Below are positions 35,898 to 44,251 of a DNA stretch of 52,278 nucleotides, piece by piece. The stretch is from NCBI GenBank assembly GCA_963978095.1, contig CAXBQP010000016.1, positions 1-52,278 on the forward strand, given 5' to 3'. A program made the translations under genes and the position numbers. Numbering within the stretch: position 1 is the first letter of the stretch; each line of letters starts with the position of its first letter. The notes below the pieces were generated by a model, which made no database searches, was not told the DNA's origin, and worked only from the letters and a program-made list of their open reading frames with translations. This DNA is from an uncultured bacterium. GTDB lineage: Bacteria; Gemmatimonadota; Gemmatimonadetes; Gemmatimonadales; Gemmatimonadaceae.

Positions 35898-36884
35898 CTA
35901 TCGCCGCGGGCGCGTGCCGTCGAGGATCTCCTGATGCCGCGCGTCGTCGATATTGCTTCCGGAGACGATCACCACCACGGGGAAGGCCGTGGGGCGCACT
36001 CGCCCCGACAGCAGGGCCGCGGCCCCGACGGCCCCGGCGCCTTCCACCCTCAGCCCTTCGTGCGTCCAGAGGGCGTGAATGGCGTGGGCGATCTCCTCCT
36101 CGCTCACCGTGACGATCTCGTCGAGCGCCGCCTGTCCCTGCGCGAGCATCTCCTCGTCGACCAATCCGGCGAGTCCGTCAGCCAGGGTCGGGAGGTCGGG
36201 GATGTCCGTCGGCTCGCCCGAGGCGAGCGCGAGCGACATGGCATTCGTCCGCTCCGATTGCGCACCCATGATGCGGGTATCCGGCGATTCGGCACGGATC
36301 ATCCCCGCCACGCCACCGGCCAGCCCGCCACCGCCGACGCACACCAGGAGTGTGCCGAGTGCGGTCTGCTGTTCCGCCAACTGGTCGAGAATCTCGAGCG
36401 CCACGGTTCCTTGGCCCGCCAGCAGCTCGCGTCCCGTGCAGGGACTCACGAAGCGCGCACCGCTGTCGACGGCCGCGACGCGCGCATTCGACTCGGCCTC
36501 GTCGTAGCTGCGCGACGACGCGTGCACCGAGGCGCCAAGCGCCACGATCTTCTCGCGCTTGATGCGCGGGGCGCTGGTCGGCACGAAAATGGTCGCCGGG
36601 ATTCCCAGCGTACGGCTCGCGGCGGCGATCCCGAGGCCGTGGTTGCCCGCACTCGACGCCACCACGCCGGCCGCACGTTCCTGTTCGGTCAACTGCGCGA
36701 GGACATTGGTGGCGCCGCGGATCTTGAACGATCCCGTGCGTTGTTCACATTCACGCTTGAGCCACACGTCGCCGCCGACGATCGACGATAGGAACGCAGC
36801 GCGCGTCAGAGCGGTACGATCAACGAATCCGTCAATCCGGGCCGCAGCGGCGCGGATCTCGGCAGGTGAGGGGAGCGAGGTCAC
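35898..36884 (-). CDS. PLP-dependent threonine/serine dehydratase-family protein
   Basis: KRECEQRTGSFKIRGA, ASSAGNHG, AGQGT, VGGGGLAGG, TLADGL, EGAGAVG, SGSNID; no ACT domain. Confidence 0.9.
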   Translation of the reverse strand: MTSLPSPAEIRAAAARIDGFVDRTALTRAAFLSSIVGGDVWLKRECEQRTGSFKIRGATNVLAQLTEQERAAGVVASSAGNHGLGIAAASRTLGIPATIFVPTSAPRIKREKIVALGASVHASSRSYDEAESNARVAAVDSGARFVSPCTGRELLAGQGTVALEILDQLAEQQTALGTLLVCVGGGGLAGGVAGMIRAESPDTRIMGAQSERTNAMSLALASGEPTDIPDLPTLADGLAGLVDEEMLAQGQAALDEIVTVSEEEIAHAIHALWTHEGLRVEGAGAVGAAALLSGRVRPTAFPVVVIVSGSNIDDARHQEILDGTRPRR

Positions 36885-36893
36885 GCGCCAAAT

Positions 36894-38351
36894 TTAGCGC
36901 GATGCCCCCCGCCAGCGCGCGATGTACCCGTCGGCGTCGAACTTCTCATACGCACGGGCGATCGACATGGGACGGATCACCCCCCAGACCGGCTTGTCGA
37001 ACCAGGGGCGATCGAACTTTCCGAAACACCACTGGATGCCGCCGAAGCTCGAGGGATCCCTTCCGTCCAGCCCCCACTTGTTGTTGAGCAGAATCAGGTG
37101 GTCGAGCGCCGTCTTGTACCGCGGGGTCCACAGAATCACGCTCTTCCCCCAGATCATCCGGACGACGTTGTGGATCGCCCCCGTCTCCTGGAGTTCCCGC
37201 TGGGCCGCATTCCAGAGCGGTTCGTGGGTGCGTGCCTCCTCGAGCTCGGCGAGGGTGTACTGCACCTCGCGCGGATCGTCCTTGTGTGCCTCCATCGTCC
37301 TGTGGACCCAGTCCGGGAGGCCGCGGAGTTTGCCGTGGTTCGGGTTCAGGCGGCAGAAGTTGAAGGAGAGCTCGCGCCACGTGATGAGCTCGTCCAGGAA
37401 CTTCTCGACCGATGCGGCAGGACCCGTCGCGATCGCCGCGCGCGCGACCTCGGCGGCGCTGATCTGCCCGAAATGCAGGTACGGGGACATCCGGCTGGAA
37501 CCGTCGCGATCCGTCGGCTCATTGCGGCGCTCGGCGTAGTCCTCGAGCGCGAAGGTCGTGAAGTCGGCGAGGCGGTCCCGCGCGGCCGTCAGGCCGCTCA
37601 CGATGTGGTCGGTGCTCACCGGCGGGACGCTGTGGTCGATCTCGCAGCACGCGAGTTCCGCCGTCAGCGCCGCATCCGAGAGCGTGCCCACCGCCAGCGG
37701 GGTGATGTCGAGTCCATCGAGGAGGGCGCGATCGAAGCGCTGGCGCGGTGCGCGATCCTCCACCGGCTCCAGGCAGAGGTCGCGCAGTTTGGCCAGCTTC
37801 GGGCGGATCGTGCGCGCGGCGAACTCCTCCTTGCCGTCGAAATGCGCGGACGGGACCACGCAGTGCGACTCGACCGCGACCACGCGGCAGGGCGCGCGGG
37901 ACGCGAATCGTGCCGTGCGCGCCGCGATCCCGCAGGTCGGGAAATCATCGGTGACGACGATGGTCGCTCGCGATGCCAATCGGTCGACCACGCGGCGGTC
38001 GTCGTTTCGGGTCCGGCGGAGGACGAACTGGTACTCCAGTCCGAAGGTCGGCGCGCGCCGCGCCAGCTCCCGGGCGTTCTGGATGATGAAGCTGTGGATC
38101 CGGTCGCTCGCATGCTCGTACGTGGGATCGAGCCCCTGATGCACGAGCAGGGGGACATTCAGCCGATCCGCTTCCAGCACCGCGAATCGGAGCGCCCAGT
38201 TGTCCTCGAACCGATGCGTGGACTGCATCCAGTACAGCACGTACCGCCCGTCGGGCTGGAGCCGCACATCGTTGATCGTGCGGACCCGCAGCGCCAGTTG
38301 CGCGGCGACGAAATCGGACGTCAGGGAGTGGAGCGACCGGGGTGAGGCCAT
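36894..38351 (-). CDS. phrB: Class II CPD photolyase-like protein
   Basis: YVLYWMQ...DNWAL, SRMSPYLHFGQIS, FLDELITWRELSFNFC, PLWNAAQ, RMIWGK, LDGRDP, FDRPW; ATG 38351. Confidence 0.88.
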   Translation of the reverse strand: MASPRSLHSLTSDFVAAQLALRVRTINDVRLQPDGRYVLYWMQSTHRFEDNWALRFAVLEADRLNVPLLVHQGLDPTYEHASDRIHSFIIQNARELARRAPTFGLEYQFVLRRTRNDDRRVVDRLASRATIVVTDDFPTCGIAARTARFASRAPCRVVAVESHCVVPSAHFDGKEEFAARTIRPKLAKLRDLCLEPVEDRAPRQRFDRALLDGLDITPLAVGTLSDAALTAELACCEIDHSVPPVSTDHIVSGLTAARDRLADFTTFALEDYAERRNEPTDRDGSSRMSPYLHFGQISAAEVARAAIATGPAASVEKFLDELITWRELSFNFCRLNPNHGKLRGLPDWVHRTMEAHKDDPREVQYTLAELEEARTHEPLWNAAQRELQETGAIHNVVRMIWGKSVILWTPRYKTALDHLILLNNKWGLDGRDPSSFGGIQWCFGKFDRPWFDKPVWGVIRPMSIARAYEKFDADGYIARWRGASR

Positions 38352-38414
38352 GGTACGCAGAGTAACGAGAGTCAGGCGAACGCGGTTCCTCCCGAATATA
38401 TACCGAATCCCCAC

Positions 38415-38442
38415 TTGACTTGCGGCGGCCGACGGCTAGCTT
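38415..38442 (+). promoter_or_regulatory. Candidate sigma70 promoter for tRNA-Ala
   Basis: TTGACT (38415-38420)-N16-TAGCTT (38437-38442). Confidence 0.5.
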
Positions 38443-38542
38443 CCCCTCCGTGATGTCGGCCCTGCCCGATTTTCGGCGGGGCTGGTGCGTTTCTGGACCC
38501 GGGTGCGACCGGTTGCTCGATGCTACCGCACCTGAGTCATTC

Positions 38543-38615
38543 GGGGCTGTAGCTCAGCTGGGAGAGCGCTGCAATCGCACTGCAGAGGTCAGGGGTTCGA
38601 TCCCCCTCAGCTCCA
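38543..38615 (+). tRNA. tRNA-Ala (anticodon CGC), CCA not encoded
   Basis: GGGGCTG/CAGCTCC acceptor with G3-U70, D arm AGCTCAGCTGGGAGAGC, anticodon arm CTGCA-ATCGCAC-TGCAG, T loop GTTCGAT. Confidence 0.97.
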
Positions 38616-38626
38616 CTGTTTCGAGA

Positions 38627-38715
38627 TTCGGTCGTCGCTGCCAGGTCTGCCCGCCGCTCGGCGGTAGGACGGAGAGTTCCAATGCCGGCGTGCGTGGCAC
38701 TTGCAGGGCACCGAA
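38627..38715 (+). ncRNA. Unidentified ~89-nt rod-shaped structured RNA candidate in the tRNA-Ala trailer
   Basis: Nested pairings TTCGGT/ACCGAA, CTGC/GCAG, TGCC/GGCA, CGC/GCG, CGC(T)CGGC/GCCGGCG and GGAC/GTTC around a GGAGA loop. Confidence 0.3.
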
Positions 38716-38721
38716 ACATCT

Positions 38722-38763
38722 GAGGCCGTTGGCTCTGCCGAGCTGACGGCCTTCGTCGTTGTT
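38722..38763 (+). terminator. Probable intrinsic terminator after tRNA-Ala
   Basis: 13-bp stem AGGCCGTTGGCTC-TGCC-GAGCTGACGGCCT (two G-U pairs) followed by TCGTCGTTGTT. Confidence 0.55.
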
Positions 38764-38817
38764 GCCGGCCGTGCCGTGGGAATGTGCCTTGACCGACCGC
38801 ACCGAGCGCGTGCGGGG

Positions 38818-38846
38818 TTGCCCAGCACGGTGGCAAGAGATACACT
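38818..38846 (+). promoter_or_regulatory. Candidate sigma70 promoter for tRNA-Gln
   Basis: TTGCCC-N17-TACACT. Confidence 0.5.
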
Positions 38847-38901
38847 TCGGATTCCGGTGAAAAACGGCGTCCCGCGTGTTCTGCGCGGTCGCCCGATCCG
38901 A

Positions 38902-38974
38902 TGCCCCTTGGTGTAACTGGCAACACGCCTGACTCTGGATCAGGAGAGTCCTGGTTCGATCCCAGGAGGGGCAA
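38902..38974 (+). tRNA. tRNA-Gln (anticodon CTG), CCA not encoded
   Basis: TGCCCCT/AGGGGCA acceptor, anticodon arm CCTGA-CTCTGGA-TCAGG, T arm CCTGG-TTCGATC-CCAGG. Confidence 0.97.
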
Positions 38975-38977
38975 CTT

Positions 38978-39014
38978 CAGGCGGGCCAACCGAAAGGTTG
39001 GCCCGCCTGTTTTT
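38978..39014 (+). terminator. Intrinsic terminator after tRNA-Gln
   Basis: Perfect 14-bp stem CAGGCGGGCCAACC-GAAA-GGTTGGCCCGCCTG followed by TTTTT. Confidence 0.93.
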
Positions 39015-39062
39015 GCCCCTGAGGCGACCCGGGGAGTGTCACGGTTCGGTTACATTGTCGGC

Positions 39063-40763
39063 ATGCCTGTCGCTCCTAGTCCCATCACATCCGAGACCCG
39101 TCGTACGGCGGCTGCCGTGGCCCTATTCGGGGTGATCGCCGTCTACAAACTGGCGGTCATCGGCGTCGCGCATCCGCTGGCCTGGGTGACGGGACTGTGC
39201 ATCGACGTGGCCTTTGTGGGCTTCCTCTGGCTCGGTGCGATCCGCGCGGGTCGGACCCCATTCCCCGGCGCGCGGTGGGTCAGCGCGGCCGTGTATTGGC
39301 CGCTGCTCCTCCTCTGGTTCGCGAGCGCCTTCGGCTACACCTTGTTCCACGATGCCGCGGCCGGCCGGCATTACTCGCTGCTCAATGTGCGTCTGCACGA
39401 GGTCCTGTATTTCTTCCGAGACCTCCTGCCGCCGACGGGTTGGCTGCAACTCGGCCTGCTCACTCTGGTCGCGCTGCTGTGTGCGGCGTGGTTGGCGCGG
39501 CGACTCAGGGTAGGACCGTTGGTCGTCTCCACGCGCGTGATCGTGCTGGTGGCCGGTGCCGCCTCGACCCTCGGTTGGAACGTGCCGGACGTCCCGAGTC
39601 CGTTGATGGACATCGCCCGCGACCTTCAGGTGCGCCTGACCGAGCGGGCGATCGCCCCCCGGGAGGAGCGCGGTGCGGTACCGTCCATCTCATGGTTCGA
39701 CAAGAGTGCCACCGCGCCGCCGGCCCTGCGTCCGCAGTTCACGAAGATCATCGTCATCGTCATGGAAACGATGGCCATCGACACCTATCGCCGTGAAGTC
39801 GCGGCGCTGCCCCCGGATGGCATGCTCCGGTCGCTGGGCGCACATGCGCACAGCTTCGAGCACTACTACACGGCGAACCAGGACAGTCGCACCGCGATGC
39901 TCGACATGCTCCTGTCGCGGTTCGTCCCGTACGAGGCATATGACGACGCGACCTTTCCGTCCTACGAGCACGCCTACCGGCTGAGCAATCTCCCACAGCT
40001 GCTGCAGGCGCAGGGCTACGCGACGGCCTATGCCTTGGCGCAGGAGGACAAGGAGCAGGTCGTGGCCGAGTTGCCGTGGCAGACGGTGATGAGCCTGACG
40101 CCGCCCCAGATCGCGGAGCTCAAGCAGCACGCCCTGTGCTTCAATCCGTTCGAGTTCGAGAACAGCTGCGAGGACAAGGTGTTGTTGCCTCAGGTCGTGC
40201 AGTTCATCGCCGGCCACGAACGCGCGTTCGTGTATCAGGAGATGATGTGGGGGCACGATACCGAGTACAACACGGCCTCCGGCAAAGGGAACGTGCAGTA
40301 TGTGGGGGAATATGTGGAAGCCCTGTGGACGGAGTTGCGTCGGCGTGGCGTGGCGGATCACACGTTGCTCGTGCTGACGGGGGATCACGGCGACAAGGCG
40401 GAGGACCGCCTGCGCCAGGCGGAGAACTACCAGGTGCCGCTGTTCTTCTATGCCTCGGGCTTCGCGCCACGGCACGAGCGCGGCATGTATACGCATCTGG
40501 ATTTCAAGGATCTGTTGCTCCGCGAGCTGGATCCCCGCCGGTCGATGCCGGCGCCGACGCCGTTCGTGCAGGTGGTGGGGCCGACGAACTCGCTGACCCG
40601 GGTGGTCGTGGATTCCGCTGGGGGGCTGGTCCAGTTCAAGGAACGGAACGGCAAGACGTTCGTGACTTTCGCGAGCCCCGGGCAGCCGCCGGACGCGAGC
40701 CTCCACCTGCAGATGTACCACGCGTATCGGCAGTGGTGGGAGCAGATGGTACCGCGCCGGTAG
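39063..40763 (+). CDS. Membrane-anchored sulfatase/alkaline-phosphatase-superfamily hydrolase or transferase (LTA-synthase-like)
   Basis: About 5 N-terminal TM helices, IIVIVMET, FEHYYT, LLQAQGYAT, TLLVLTGDHG, YQVPLFFY; start moved to ATG 39063 because the ORF-track start lies in tRNA-Gln. Confidence 0.78.
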   Translation: MPVAPSPITSETRRTAAAVALFGVIAVYKLAVIGVAHPLAWVTGLCIDVAFVGFLWLGAIRAGRTPFPGARWVSAAVYWPLLLLWFASAFGYTLFHDAAAGRHYSLLNVRLHEVLYFFRDLLPPTGWLQLGLLTLVALLCAAWLARRLRVGPLVVSTRVIVLVAGAASTLGWNVPDVPSPLMDIARDLQVRLTERAIAPREERGAVPSISWFDKSATAPPALRPQFTKIIVIVMETMAIDTYRREVAALPPDGMLRSLGAHAHSFEHYYTANQDSRTAMLDMLLSRFVPYEAYDDATFPSYEHAYRLSNLPQLLQAQGYATAYALAQEDKEQVVAELPWQTVMSLTPPQIAELKQHALCFNPFEFENSCEDKVLLPQVVQFIAGHERAFVYQEMMWGHDTEYNTASGKGNVQYVGEYVEALWTELRRRGVADHTLLVLTGDHGDKAEDRLRQAENYQVPLFFYASGFAPRHERGMYTHLDFKDLLLRELDPRRSMPAPTPFVQVVGPTNSLTRVVVDSAGGLVQFKERNGKTFVTFASPGQPPDASLHLQMYHAYRQWWEQMVPRR

Positions 40764-40782
40764 TACGGGGTGCAAAAGGATC

Positions 40783-40813
40783 GGGGGGCGACGCCAGCTC
40801 GGCTTCGCCCCCC
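40783..40813. terminator. Hairpin between convergent genes (probable terminator)
   Basis: GGGGGGCGA-C-GCC-AGCTC-GGC-T-TCGCCCCCC; T-run GATCCTTTTG follows on the minus strand. Confidence 0.55.
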
Positions 40814-40839
40814 TTCGATATCCCGACGCTCGGTGAACG

Positions 40840-43800
40840 CTAGGGTTTCGCGTTGAGGTGGAAGGTCACCAAGCCACCATTCGACGTCGCGATGATCTGG
40901 CACTGTCCGTCGGTGTAGTAGATGCGCGCCGAGTAATCGCCGGTGGAGTTCGACATCTGCCGGAGTGTGGCCATCCCCTTGTCGTCGGTGACGAGCGTCA
41001 CTTGGGCGTTCCCACCCGGGTCGAGCTGGCAGGCCATGGCACTCGGCTTCGTGCCGACACTGAAGACCACCGGGGTCTTCACGATCGGCTTGCCCGTCCA
41101 ATCTCGCACACTCACGGTGAGCGGCCCGAAGAACGCCTCTCCGCCCTGCATGTTGGTCCCTGTACGCGCGGCCGTCTGATTGTCGCCGCTCACCATCGAA
41201 AGCGACGGGGGGCCTGGAACCGAGGACTTCAGGTGGAAGGTGACCGGCGCCGCGGAGCCTGACGTCGCGAGGATTTCGCAGTCTCCGTCCGCGTAGTAGA
41301 TCCGGGCGGAGTTGCCGCTCATCTTGTTCAGGATGGAGGTGCCGGAGGCGTCGGCGTATGTGAATCCCGGGTTGATGCCGGAGGGCTCGAACTGGCACGC
41401 CATCGCGCTGGGCTTGTTCCCAAGTTTCCATGCGATGAGCGCACCCGGGACCGGATTGCCCGCGGCATCCACGGCCTGCACCACGAGCGGCGCGTAGAAC
41501 GCCTCCCCTCCCTGGATGTTCGCCCCCGAGCGCGTGGCGACTTGAAAATCACCGCTGATGAGCTTCAGGGATGAGGCGCTCGGACCCGTGGGACCGGAGG
41601 CGCCCGAGACGTTCAAGTGGAAGGTCGTTGTCGCCGGGCCCGCGGAGGCGATCACCTGGCATTCGCCGTCGGCGTAGTACGCGAACACAGGGGCGGGGGC
41701 ACCCATGGCGGAGAGCGTGGCCACACCATTGGCATCGGCGGTCACGGTTCCATTCGGGATGCTCACCTGACAGGCCATCGCATTGGGCTTCGCGCCAATC
41801 GAGAAGATGACCGTTGCCCCCGGAACGGGCTTCCCGGCGCCGTCCTTTGCCACGACCGCCAGCGGAGCGAAGTACGCAGCGGGGATACCGGCGCCCGGCA
41901 GCAGCTGCGTGCGTGCCACGGTCTGGTTGTCGCCGGACACGATGGACAACGCGCTGGTGGCGGTCGGCGCACCGACAGGGGTCGACGGGCCGGCGACCGC
42001 GTTGAGGTTGAACGGAGCGGAGCGGGAGAAGGCCGTTGCCGTCGCGATGATCTGGCACTGACCGTCTGCACCCGAGACGACGGCTGCAACGGTGCCTGCC
42101 TTGCCGAGTTGCGACCGGCCGTTCGCGTCGGTGATGTCGGTGAAATCCGTGCCCAACTGCGGACCCAGCAGGCAGGTCATGTTGGCCGGATGGGGGCCAA
42201 CCTTCCACAGGACCGGTGTTCCGGGGATGGGTTTGTTGTTGTTGTCGCGGAGTTCGATTTCCATCGGCGCAAAGGTGGCCGCGAGGGCGCCGTTGACCAT
42301 CTGTGTCCGAGAAGCCGACTGATTGAAGCCCATGTTGAGCAGCAACATGACGGCTGGTGGCGTTCCCGCTGTCGTGCCGCCCATGGTGCCGCCCATGGTG
42401 CCGCCCATGGTGCCGCCCATGGTGCCGCCCATGGTGCCGCCCATGGTGCCACCCATGGTGCCGCTGGTGGACGTGTTGGTGCTGCTGTTCGCGTTCAGGT
42501 GGAAGGTCACTTGTGGGGCGCCGCTTGCCACCGCAAAGATCTGACAGTCGCCATCCTGGCCGGCAATGCCCGCGGACATCCCGTTCATCTTTGCGAGGAC
42601 CGCGCCGCCTGCGGCATCCGTGACACCGGCCACGGAGACGTTGTTGCTGAGATCAATCATGCACGTCATGGCGGCGGGATGCGGTCCAACCGTCCAGGTG
42701 ATCGGTACGCCGGCGAGCGGCTTGCCGTTGGCGTCCTTGGCGACGACCACCAGCGGAGCAAAGACGGCCGTGAGTACACCATTGACGGTCTGGTTGCGGG
42801 CCACGCTCTGTCCGTCGCCGCCAACGGGGCTCAACGCAGCGACGATCGGCGCATTGCCGGTGGGAGTCCCTGACCCCGTCCCGGACGCGGTCCCGGCCGC
42901 CGTGGTGGAACCCTTTGTGGTGCCGTTGGAGCTGGTGGCACCGGTGGTACCGGGAGCACCGGTGGAGCCGTTCGTGGTGCCACCGTTTGATGTGGAGGTG
43001 GTGTTCTGGGCGGCCACCACCGGCGTCGCCGTCAGCCGAAACAGAGCGGTCGAAGCGCCGAACTTTGCCGTGATGACGCATTGCCCGCTCGCGCCGAAGA
43101 CAAGTGCCGAACTGCCATAGACATTATTTGCCAGCGTCGACGTGCCTGACGCGTCGGTGGTGACCGTGTTCTGCGTTTTGCCCTGGCCGTCGAGGGCGCA
43201 GGTCATGCCTGACGCTTTCGACGTGACGGACCACGTGACGGTGAGCCCACTGCCGAGGGGATTCCCTGCGGCGTCTTTCACCTGCACGGCGAGAGGTTTG
43301 AAGAGCGCCGTCGGCACGCTGTTCGCCTGCTGCGCCAGCGGCGTTGACTGGTTGTCACCACTGACGACGGCGAGCGTCCCTGAGGCGGATCCTGTTGTGG
43401 ACGGAGCGCTCGTCTGACCCGCCGCTGGTGCCGTGGCCGTGAGGTGAAAGGTGACGGTGTTGGCACCCTGCGTCTGCGCATACACGAGGCACTGTCCGTT
43501 GTCGCCGAAGATCGCGGCGCCCAGCGTCCCGGGCAACTTGACGAGCGTCGCCGTTCCCGTCGCGTCCGTGGTCACTCGGCTGTTCGTCACCGTGTTCGGA
43601 TCGATGAGGCACGTCATCTTCGCCGGGTGCGGTCCCACGGTGAAGTTCACCCCCGCGTTGGCGAGGGGCTGTCCGCTGCCGTTCTTGACGAGCACCTTGA
43701 GCGGCGCGAACGACGCGGTCGGCGTTCCATTCGCCAGCGTGAGACGCGGCTGCGACTGGTTGTCGCCGGAGACGATCGTGATGGTGTTCTGCGCGAGCGC

Positions 43801-43860
43801 GGCAGCACTCCAGCAGAGGCTCGAGGCGAACGCCACTAGCACAGCGCGAGTACGGGGCAC
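40840..43860 (-). CDS. Secreted protein of seven tandem Cys-paired Big_1-like Ig repeats with T/G-rich linkers
   Basis: Signal peptide (..AAALA-Q); seven repeats SGDNQ..FAPL.V...G.P...M[TA]C...TDA.G...G.C.I.A...TFHL; GTG 43860 has AGGA upstream. Confidence 0.85.
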   Translation of the reverse strand: MPRTRAVLVAFASSLCWSAAALAQNTITIVSGDNQSQPRLTLANGTPTASFAPLKVLVKNGSGQPLANAGVNFTVGPHPAKMTCLIDPNTVTNSRVTTDATGTATLVKLPGTLGAAIFGDNGQCLVYAQTQGANTVTFHLTATAPAAGQTSAPSTTGSASGTLAVVSGDNQSTPLAQQANSVPTALFKPLAVQVKDAAGNPLGSGLTVTWSVTSKASGMTCALDGQGKTQNTVTTDASGTSTLANNVYGSSALVFGASGQCVITAKFGASTALFRLTATPVVAAQNTTSTSNGGTTNGSTGAPGTTGATSSNGTTKGSTTAAGTASGTGSGTPTGNAPIVAALSPVGGDGQSVARNQTVNGVLTAVFAPLVVVAKDANGKPLAGVPITWTVGPHPAAMTCMIDLSNNVSVAGVTDAAGGAVLAKMNGMSAGIAGQDGDCQIFAVASGAPQVTFHLNANSSTNTSTSGTMGGTMGGTMGGTMGGTMGGTMGGTMGGTTAGTPPAVMLLLNMGFNQSASRTQMVNGALAATFAPMEIELRDNNNKPIPGTPVLWKVGPHPANMTCLLGPQLGTDFTDITDANGRSQLGKAGTVAAVVSGADGQCQIIATATAFSRSAPFNLNAVAGPSTPVGAPTATSALSIVSGDNQTVARTQLLPGAGIPAAYFAPLAVVAKDGAGKPVPGATVIFSIGAKPNAMACQVSIPNGTVTADANGVATLSAMGAPAPVFAYYADGECQVIASAGPATTTFHLNVSGASGPTGPSASSLKLISGDFQVATRSGANIQGGEAFYAPLVVQAVDAAGNPVPGALIAWKLGNKPSAMACQFEPSGINPGFTYADASGTSILNKMSGNSARIYYADGDCEILATSGSAAPVTFHLKSSVPGPPSLSMVSGDNQTAARTGTNMQGGEAFFGPLTVSVRDWTGKPIVKTPVVFSVGTKPSAMACQLDPGGNAQVTLVTDDKGMATLRQMSNSTGDYSARIYYTDGQCQIIATSNGGLVTFHLNAKP
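42374..42464. repeat. In-frame 12-bp tandem repeat (GTGCCGCCCATG) x7.6 encoding (GGTM)n
   Basis: Six identical units, a seventh with one substitution (GTGCCACCCATG), then a 7-nt partial unit. Confidence 0.95.
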
Positions 43861-44142
43861 GACGAAGTCCTGTGTAAGAGAAGCGAGCAATGGCGGCGCG
43901 TTCGGGCGCGACGCGTGATCAGGCGAGGGTCACGGCGTGGGGCGAGTCGCCGTGGATGGTCGGGGAACGCTCCCTGTCGCGTCCACGGATGTTGCGCTTA
44001 CCGCCGTCCGAATACAAACTGGTGCATCGGTGTGGACGAGATTTCCGGTACTCTGACTGAGAAAACTTCTGAAATCTCAAACAGTATTGCAATCAACGCC
44101 CAGCAAGTTTTTCGTGAACTGTGTCGCTTAAAGTCATTCCTT

Positions 44143-44159
44143 TTGACATGACCTGTCAA
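44143..44159. promoter_or_regulatory. Perfect inverted repeat TTGACA-N5-TGTCAA in an AT-rich divergent intergenic region
   Basis: Read directly from the sequence; either an operator or back-to-back -35 elements. Confidence 0.45.
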
Positions 44160-44229
44160 TATTGTAGTGACTGAGAACCCCTCGACGACACCATGCACTC
44201 GGTCAAGATGTGCTGGTAAGCCGTTTCAG

Positions 44230-44251
44230 AGAAGTGATTTGCGTCACATTT
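44230..44251. promoter_or_regulatory. CRP/FNR-family-like binding site
   Basis: AGTGA-TTTGCG-TCACA-TTT versus the CRP consensus TGTGA-N6-TCACA (9/10). Confidence 0.45.

Noticed and set aside
38627..38715. SRP (4.5S) RNA or 6S RNA
   Set aside because: Lacks the CAGG...GGAA...AGCAG domain IV motif on either strand and is too short for 6S
38901..39062. N-terminal extension of the sulfatase-like ORF
   Set aside because: Overlaps tRNA-Gln and its terminator; ATG 39063 has a well-placed -10
42374..42464. CRISPR array
   Set aside because: Contiguous 12-bp units without spacers, in frame within a CDS, and no cas genes
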